DNA of 6,687 nucleotides from positions 1 to 6,687 of the forward strand of contig JBJCIZ010001642.1 in NCBI GenBank assembly GCA_051294375.1, in the 5' to 3' direction. Source of the DNA: Paraspadella gotoi (taxonomy: Eukaryota > Animalia > Chaetognatha). The notes under the pieces were generated by a model. It saw only the letters and a list, made by a program, of their open reading frames with translations, was not told where the DNA came from and made no database searches. Position 1 is the first letter of the stretch, and every line of letters starts with the position of its first letter. Below are positions 1 through 6,687 of the stretch, piece after piece. Position numbers and translations under genes: made by a program.

Positions 1-32
1 AGATCCGACATTGTTTGCTCAAACTTGTTTTT
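1..32 (+). repeat. Dispersed repeat, copy 1 (cut by window start); possible element terminus
   Basis: AGATCCGACATTGTTTGCTCAAACTTGTTTTT matches 2676-2704 with 1 indel and 1 substitution. Confidence 0.7.
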
Positions 33-382
33 AAATCAAATAAGTTTTCCTTTATTAAAAATGTTATACTTTTTTCCTAGATAGTACGATTAACTAGTAC
101 AAAAAATATTTTGTTCATATAGTTTCGGGAACAGAATAGTAAAATACGATTTATTTGTAGTATAACCAAATGATTGATAAAAAGAGGAGAAAATTCAGGA
201 CCTTTTTGGTTTTCATAAAAAAAAAAATACTCTCTGTTTTCAATAATAACGGTCAAAAAATTATAATCTCTAACAAAATATATAGTTGACAATAATCAGT
301 TAACGACTATGATATTTTTGACTTCCAAATATTTTTTTTACTTATTCAAATAAATTTTATTTCCTCATCTTAAATGAAATTT

Positions 383-388
383 TAGATT
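383..388. repeat. Target-site duplication, left copy (TAGATT)
   Basis: Identical to 1048-1053 and directly abuts the LTR terminus. Confidence 0.8.
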
Positions 389-620
389 TGAAGAGACAGT
401 TATTATTATTATGTGTTAGTGACAAAACCGTTCAATGTAAGCAGTCCCTGAGCTTCGGATCAGGCTGTAACACCATGTTACAGGCGGGTTAAGCACCCCG
501 TCCCTCTTAACTGCTAGGCGACCACCGGGCTATAACCCCGGACCTTTGGGTTGGGAGCCGAATCACTTGCCTCCGGCACCAATGGCCGCTGATGAACGGT
601 TAGTGGATTTTAGTCCACCA
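389..620 (-). repeat. 3' LTR (232 bp)
   Basis: Direct repeat of 811-1047. Preceded on the minus strand by the PPT; minus-strand ends are TGGTGG...CTCTTCA. Confidence 0.9.
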
Positions 621-624
621 TACA

Positions 625-636
625 TCCCCCCTTTCC
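625..636 (-). promoter_or_regulatory. Polypurine tract (plus-strand primer)
   Basis: Minus strand reads GGAAAGGGGGGA, then TGTA, then the 3' LTR start TGGTGG. Confidence 0.8.
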
Positions 637-676
637 GTAGGGAGAAGTCTGGTGCATCTCTTCAGTGAATTGTTGC

Positions 677-788
677 TGTTGGTGGAAAGTTCGTCACCAA
701 GTTGAGGCAGGTCGCCTGATGTGTTGTTGGCGGAAAGTGCATCGCCAGGTTGAGGCATGTCGCCTGAAAGTGTTGTTGTTGCTGTTGT
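677..788. repeat. 48-bp tandem duplication plus a short TGT/TGC run inside the TRIM interior
   Basis: TGTTGGTGGAAAGTTCGTCACCAAGTTGAGGCAGGTCGCCTGA (from 677) vs TGTTGGCGGAAAGTGCATCGCCAGGTTGAGGCATGTCGCCTGA (from 725). The repeat shows up as duplicated QATCLNL in the 662-847 ORF. Confidence 0.85.
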
Positions 789-796
789 GTTCGGAA

Positions 797-809
797 GTCG
801 GGCTCACCA
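797..809 (-). promoter_or_regulatory. Primer-binding site, tRNA-Trp-like
   Basis: Minus strand reads TGGTGAGCCCGAC, 1 nt after the LTR end (...TTCA-T-TGG). This is 12/13 identical to TGGTGACCCCGAC, the complement of the eukaryotic tRNA-Trp 3' end as I recall it. Confidence 0.75.
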
Positions 810-810
810 A

Positions 811-1047
811 TGAAGAGACAGTTATTATTATTATGTGTTAGTGACAAAACTGTTCAATATAAGCAGTCCCTGAGCTTCGGATCAGGCGGTAACACCATGT
901 TACAGGCGGGTTAAGCGCCCCGTCCCTCTTAACTGCTAGGCGACCACCGGGCTAGAACGCCGGTCCTTTGGGTTGGGAGGCGAATCACTTGCCTCCGACA
1001 CCAATGGCCGCTGATGAACGGTTAGTGGATTTTAGTCCCGTCCACCA
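811..1047 (-). repeat. 5' LTR (237 bp)
   Basis: Manual alignment to 389-620 gives 9 substitutions plus one 5-bp indel (TAGTCCCGTCCACCA vs TAGTCCACCA). Immediately followed on the minus strand by the PBS. Confidence 0.9.
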
Positions 1048-1053
1048 TAGATT
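1048..1053. repeat. Target-site duplication, right copy (TAGATT)
   Basis: Identical to 383-388 and directly abuts the LTR terminus. Confidence 0.8.
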
Positions 1054-1276
1054 GTTAATAAATTTTTTATCCATTATATATTATTTATATTAAATCCGCT
1101 GCAATTGCCGGTAATAGCAGGTATCTGGCCTACTCCTGTCACACAGTGTGATGTACAAGTGACATTGCCTGCATTAATAAGTTATTCTTCCCTTTTCTAA
1201 AAATGAATCCACTGAAAATCTCGGAGTAAATTTGGGATTTTGTATGAGAAAAAAAAATAAATGGCGACAATAAAAG

Positions 1277-1890
1277 TTTTAGAAGAAAGATAATTAATAA
1301 AATTTTCAAAAAACGAACGATCGAGTACAGAGAGAGAGAGGAAGAGAAAGAAGCTGAACAGACGCTGCAGAGCCGGAAACTAGTTTACTCGTTTACTCGT
1401 TCCCTAGTGACGTGGTGAAAAAAAAATGTGACTAAAATATTTTTTTTCTAAAAAAAAAGAGATAGAGAGAGAGAGAGAGAAAGATAGATAGAGAGAGGAG
1501 CCGGAATCGTTTTAATTCATTTACTCGTCGCCTCTGTGAGGTTGGTGTGAAAAAAAGTGACTGAAAAATTCATTTTTGTAAAAAAAAAAAAAGAGATAGA
1601 TAGAGAGAAGAAGAGAGAAAGAGAAGACAGATAGAGAAGAAAGATAGAGAGAGCGCACGAACTCCGTTACTCGTCGCCTGTGACGCGTGCGTGCAAAAAA
1701 AAGGTAAATAATTTTTTTTGCTTAAAAAAACAAAGACGAGAGAGAGATAGAGAGAGAAGGGAAGATGGAGGGAGAGAGAGAGAGAGCCCTGAACTCGTTT
1801 TTAAACGATTCCAGAAAAGGCAGCGCTCTGATCAAATATATATTTTTTTAGAAAGAAAAAAATAATCAGAAATTTTTCAAAAACGAATGA
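1277..1890. repeat. Compound degenerate tandem array, about 3.5-4 units of ~130-150 bp, each with a GA/GATA microsatellite
   Basis: Recurring order: poly-A, (GA/GATA)n, GAGCCGGAA-like (~1370, 1498, 1651, 1784), TTACTCGT (~1385, 1521, 1667), GTGACGTGGTG-like, A-run, GTGACT, T-run. The array is bracketed by a ~45-bp imperfect direct repeat ending TTTTCAAAAA(A)CGAA(C/T)GA (1277-1320, 1844-1890). Confidence 0.8.
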
Positions 1891-2499
1891 TTCACGCAAA
1901 ACTTTATCATAATCATGAAATAATTTTTATTTAAACAAAAACGGTAAGTCTACAGCCTAAACCTATAAAGCGACGTCAGGTAGTTTTCTATATAAAAACA
2001 GCGTGACGCACGACGACGACATAACGGTCACAAAGAAAGCTCACCCGATAAACAACAATCAAGCCTAGAACCGGCTTCGCCCGGTCGATGCTCGATAAAA
2101 AACATTTGTTCCGGTCCGTCAGTCCGTTCCTACCTTAACAAAACAAACTCCAATTCACTCGTGATTGGAAGGATGAATGGAATGCAAATTTTTCTCGTTG
2201 TGTGCGGTAGGGAGGGTGAATTGAGCTGATATGAAGTTCGATGGAATCTCGTCCCATGGAAATGAGTTTAAATGGAAAAAATAAAAATATATATTTCACT
2301 ATTTGAACGCCCAATTACTCAGGAGTGGGAATGGGGCGTATTGACTTCAAATTATCTGTTGTGGGTAGGGAAAGTGTGTGATTAGAGGCAGGAATCGTTT
2401 GAGTGGAAATGTAGTTCTCAAATGAAAAAAAAACGAAAACCCTGATTCATATATCTGATATGCTTATTTTATCTTTTTATATTATATGTAAATGCAGAT

Positions 2500-2667
2500 G
2501 TTATTAATAATGCAAATAATTAATCAATTAACAATTAAAGTCAATTAATAATCAATTATTAATTAATTTCAGTCAATTAATAAATCAAAACAAACATTTC
2601 GGAATCAAATTTATAAATTAATTGCTTAATTAATTAATTATAAATTAATCCAATTACCGATAATAAT
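2500..2667. repeat. AT-rich low-complexity tract of AATTAA/CAATTAAT motifs
   Basis: Many overlapping AATTAAT, TCAATTAA and TAATAAT words; very few G/C. Confidence 0.75.
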
Positions 2668-2670
2668 CGT

Positions 2671-2704
2671 GGGCAGATCCGACATGTTTGCTCAGACTTG
2701 TTTT
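2671..2704 (+). repeat. Dispersed repeat, copy 2; hairpin followed by CTTG and a T-run, possible Helentron/DINE-like 3' terminus
   Basis: GGGCAGA-TCCGACATG-TTTGCTC can pair (with G-T pairs), followed by AGACTTG and TTTT. Similarity to copy 1 ends at about the T-run. Confidence 0.55.
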
Positions 2705-3570
2705 ATTTTAAATTAAAAAAAAAAAAAAAAACGAACAATTTTCTAAAAATTTAAAATCCATAATGTACATGCTCCCATAGGCCAGCAAAACAATGTTCAA
2801 ATCGCTTTAATCTTTCATCACTCCACCCTTCTGTAAAATGACCTAATCCTTACGCGAATAAAGTTACAAAATGTAGATTTCATCAAACATCCCGTCGCAA
2901 TGTATTTTTAGTTTATCACAGCATAAATTATGAACATAGATAAGAGACAATATATTCCGCAAAACAAAATATCAATGATACATGTAATTGAACTAACGAT
3001 GACCTCCAGAGACAATTTTTCGTTTACCCCCAATATCGCATTCACAAATTGTCAAGGTGGAGGAAACTTTCACTCTGCAAGATTTGCCTAAAGGTTGCAG
3101 TGTTTCTTGCAGGGACTACTGACTAGTCCAAAGCCATTAAAAACATCTTCACTTGCGGCGACTTCCACGTTGGCCAGAATCATCGCGATTCGGATGAAGA
3201 TGTTGATGTGTCCATGTAAATTCCGCGATTGAGTGAAATTAACGGGATCATAGATGGACCTGACAAGATGGACGATTAAGATTGGTAGATTAAAGTTGAA
3301 GATAAAATTACTAAACAAAAATACAGATTATTGTACTGTTGCTAAAGTAAGAATCGTTTTCAGCACCGCATGGATTGATTCGACTGTGTTTATCGTTAGA
3401 GAAGAAAATGCCTCAAAGATCACCAAGCCGCCCGAGTAAACACTAATAAAACAAAAAGCGAGGAAAAGCGAGTTCAGTCGAAATCTTAAGCATTAATATC
3501 AAAATTACTATACTATGAATCTAAACTTCAGAATAAAATTAGGAATTCTTACATTAAAAATTAAAAGTAC

Positions 3571-5001
3571 CTGAGACTGTAGATGACCAGCCCAAGCATC
3601 GTCGCGGTGCCGGTGCGAGGAAGGAGGATCCAGATGAGGCCAAAAAAAACAGCACGAGTCCCATTCCTGAAAAAAAAAAAAAAAAACAAAGAAAAATAAA
3701 TCCTTTTAATCAGCATATCAATTTAAAACTAACGGACAAAATGACTAATGCTTGATTTTACTCACCGAGGAGCGCGCCCCCAATTTCACAAAAAATCTCT
3801 CCGATGGCAAGCGCAACATGGCGACTGTGCTGAGCCGCCAGACGACCGCCAGCTGTGTAACTTAATATCGAAATTTAAATTTGTTATTTCACATGGGCGA
3901 GTTGATATATTCAATTTCTCTATTCGGCTAAGTTACACATCAAAGATCAAGTTCAACTTCGACTTACCAGGCGGCGCGCAATCAAAATCGAGCGCCAATA
4001 AAATCCAGTGGCGCAGATGACAGCGCCGACGATTCCGGCGTGCGACATTTCCAAGCCAACTTGCTTGGCCACCGATCCTGCGTCTGTATGCGGATTAGAG
4101 CGAACCACCACGCCGGAGACCCACTAACAGGGCCAGGTCCCTTGAGGAAAAACGAGAAAATTCAAGGTAGAGCGTGAGCACGGATTCGGTCGTATAAGGC
4201 TTACCAAAAAGGCTGAGAAGACCGATCTTCGTCATGAGATTAATCATCACCGCGCGATCTGAAGCAGGCCGGGGCGGCGGCCGTATTTCCGTGATTATGA
4301 GGCCTCCTCCGAATACATGTAGGTGGCGTGGATTCGTTGTCGAACGTGGTCGGGCCCAAGCCCTTGACGAAAAAGGTCGACGACGGAAAATGTTAAACGA
4401 GAGCAGAATTTCAACTCTCCCCACCCCAACCCCACGCCGATTACAGACTCGGGTTCTAAAAAAAATCCCTAAATTAGTTTTACCCCATTCTGTCGATGGC
4501 CGCCCCGTGTCCTTGGCAATCCAAGACCTCGTAGAAGCAGAGAGCTCCAGTCCGACCCCCGACCATCGCTGACCTCCTATCTCCGCCGATCTTGAAGGGC
4601 GTCTCCGCTCGCCGACGCATCGCTTTTCCTTAGCGTTGACGAGCGCTCCGTTTTGTCGCCTCCGCCGCTTCCGACTATTGGCCGCCACCATTCGGCTTCT
4701 CCTAAACACGCGTATTTGAATTTAAAATGCATTGAACGGAAAGAGGAAAAAGATTTTACTGACCCTGGATTGCCCATCCCACGCCACTGACCGCCATTGT
4801 GGGTTTTACTGACGTAGACTCACTTGGCGTATGGCCGCACGCGAATTGGAGAGGGTCGATGTCGACTGGAGACCGACAAGGAAGTAGGCGAAGGCGGGTT
4901 CCCGTATACGAGGCCAATCGATGCCAACTAACATTGCGATTATTATGTTCGTCCCAGAAAAAACAATTTCGCTTAAAAAGACCGAAAAAATTAAAAGGTG
5001 A
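3571..5001 (-). other. Putative multi-exon spliced transcription unit (lncRNA, pseudogene or TE-borne gene remnant); product unknown
   Basis: Minus-strand GT-AG introns: 4823-4702 (GTGAGT...GTTTAG; alternative donor GTCAGT at 4763), 4483-4363 (GTAAAA...TTTTTCGTCAAG), 4204-4141 (GTAAGC...TTTTTCCTCAAG), 3967-3853 (GTAAGT...ACACAG), 3765-3667 (GTGAGT...long T run-CAG), plus a donor CAG/GTACTT at 3570. GC-rich exon-like blocks alternate with generally AT-richer spacers. Confidence 0.55.
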
Positions 5002-5528
5002 CTGAAAAAAAATGGACAATTAATCATTAGTGAATTATAGAAGGACAAATTATTAATTCTGTTGGGCATTACGACAAGATACGATGCCACTTAAATCTAA
5101 GTTTTGATTTCAATGAGGCGTTTCTAAGAGGAAAAGGTCATTCAGCATAACAATACGTAATCATTGATGTATTAGAGCTAAAGTTACATACAGAAATACA
5201 TCGTAATCACCAGTAATCACCAAAAAAAAGTTTTATTTATATTCAAACATTATGTTCTAAAATTTTTTTGGGATAAACTCCCGGTAAATTAACAAAATGT
5301 TAAGTTAAGGATGTAAGCACATTTATTTAAAGATTTGTTTTTCTAATCTGTTTGTTAAAAAAATATTCTAGGTAATGAAGTTAAAACACGTATGGTAAGT
5401 TTAGAAGCGGGAGAGATTAAACAATTAATCTCGTACCTGTTGCGTTTTCCAGTCATGAACAAAATATTCAAGTTAAAATAGATTGGTTAAAGAAATTCGA
5501 GCTACAATTTGAAATCTACATTGAATTG

Positions 5529-5807
5529 AGAGTTTGCAGCCTAAAACGACTGCCAAATAATATTGATTAAAAATTGAAATTAGCAATCTTAAAAAAACAT
5601 TGTAAAAATGTAATAGAGAGACATTTGATAAAACGCGTTCCAGGTTAGAAAGAATCCAGGGTTAAAGTTAAAAAAACGTTTTCAATTTCAAGATACAAGT
5701 TGAATTAAAAAATGTCTCTTCTATTACATTTTTCTAAATTCAGTTAATAAAAAATTCATTAAAAAATATCAGATGGCATGGCCTTTTCGTTTGGACCTGC
5801 AAACTCT
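5529..5807. repeat. Degenerate long inverted repeat (foldback/MITE-like remnant)
   Basis: 5604-5626 AAAAATGTAATAGAGAGACATTT is the reverse complement of 5710-5733 with one indel. 5529-5549 vs 5787-5807 match 17/21 as reverse complements. Both arm pairs share a centre near 5668. Confidence 0.7.
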
Positions 5808-6687
5808 TCAGATAGAGTTTCTTTTATTTTATATATATTTTAAAAACCGATAATTAAATTGGGGTAGAATTGCATCAAATGTTTAAAGATGAATACATTT
5901 TCGAATCGCCAGGAGCTCAGCTTTCTGAATTTTTCTCCATTTTTGGTCCCTATTGAAGTGAATTGGGAATGACCCTCTTTAATTCGACAACGGCTGATAA
6001 CACAATTCCTTTATTAAAGCAGACTTGCATTTATAGAGCAGAAAAATATTTTTTTGGAAAGAGCTTTATAGTTTATATTTTCAGAGATCCTCCTCGATAA
6101 TTTGCCTAAAGAATGTACTTTTTTTCTGGCCTCTTGTAAATTTTTTCCTCTGTTAATTTTGTTACCCCAATAAATAAAAAGTTTAGTAACAAGTTACTTG
6201 TACTTAAGTGCATATAAAATATGTTAACAATAAGATGTACGTTTTAGTAACTAGATGTGTCCCTCTTTAATTTTTAGTTAAATTTATCTTTCAGACAAAA
6301 AAGGAACAATAAGAATTAACCTAAACTTATAAGAATCATGCGCCGCCAAAACTAGCAAATAACTGTAAAAATGATTTCATTAACGAAATATAAAAAACTC
6401 AACCAAGGCAAGAATTAATAAAAAAATAAAAAAAAGAGTCAAAATAGGAGTATCCCAGGAATAGAGAGGTCTGACAAGTTCCTTCGTAAAACAAACAAAA
6501 AAAAAATTAATATACGTTTCAAAAATACATTTTTAAAAGCCGTGAGAACAAATAAATATGAAAACAGAAACAAACTAAAACAATAATGAAAGACTAGAAA
6601 ACTGCAACGGTAAAAATCAGAAAAAAACTTGATAAAACGTTGAAAGAAAAAAGATTCGTGAGCAAGGACTATTATTTTTCAACAAAA

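Larger units (their letters stand above)
389..1047 (-). mobile_element. Complete miniature non-autonomous LTR retrotransposon (TRIM-like), 659 bp, no coding capacity
   Basis: Two direct repeats (389-620 and 811-1047) both run TGAAGAGA...CCACCA (TG...CA). TAGATT flanks the element on both sides (383-388, 1048-1053). On the minus strand a TGG-starting PBS follows the 5' LTR and a polypurine tract precedes the 3' LTR. The interior is only 190 bp. Confidence 0.9.

Noticed and set aside
77-292. 71-aa F/I/N-rich ORF
   Set aside because: Composition expected from AT-rich non-coding DNA; non-ATG start.
589-595. CTGATGA in both LTRs, suggesting a hammerhead ribozyme (retrozyme)
   Set aside because: No properly placed GAAA box after a stem II. 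The motif sits in the loop of a GCCG/CGGT hairpin and is antisense to the element orientation set by the PBS and PPT.
662-847. 61-aa ORF with poly-N/poly-Q and repeated QATCLNL
   Set aside because: It starts within the LTR at a non-ATG codon and reads through the PBS; its features simply reflect the DNA repeats. No gag/pol motifs.
1680-1865. 61-aa R/E-rich ORF
   Set aside because: Translation of GA microsatellite and A-runs.
1277-1890. Repeat-spacer pattern resembling a CRISPR array
   Set aside because: Units are long and degenerate, the spacers are microsatellites, there are no cas genes, and the context looks eukaryotic.
4095-4709. 204-aa minus-strand ORF and the overlapping 112-aa plus-strand ORF (4234-4572)
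   Set aside because: Arg/Ser/Gly/Pro-rich composition typical of GC-rich shadow frames, no recognisable domain, and they cross apparent introns.
5982-6687. A-rich tail region with short GTTA/TAAC words around 6180-6255
   Set aside because: No convincing ORF, repeat unit or inverted repeat beyond what AT-rich DNA gives by chance.

Overview
AT-rich, repeat-rich DNA that looks eukaryotic (poly-A/T runs, GA microsatellites, short GT-AG intron-like segments; an insect-like animal is an inference from composition only). No confidently identifiable protein-coding gene is present, and the supplied ORFs look like shadow or low-complexity frames. The best-supported feature is a complete 659-bp non-autonomous LTR retroelement (TRIM-like) at 389-1047 on the minus strand. 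It has two ~96% identical TG...CA LTRs rich in hairpins, a tRNA-Trp-like primer-binding site, a polypurine tract, a 190-bp non-coding interior and a TAGATT target-site duplication. Downstream are a compound ~130-150 bp tandem array (1277-1890) and possible Helitron/Helentron-type termini (1-32, 2065-2085, 2671-2704). These are followed by a GC-richer minus-strand block with at least five consecutive well-formed introns but no long spliced ORF (~3570-5000), and a degenerate foldback/MITE-like inverted repeat (5529-5807).
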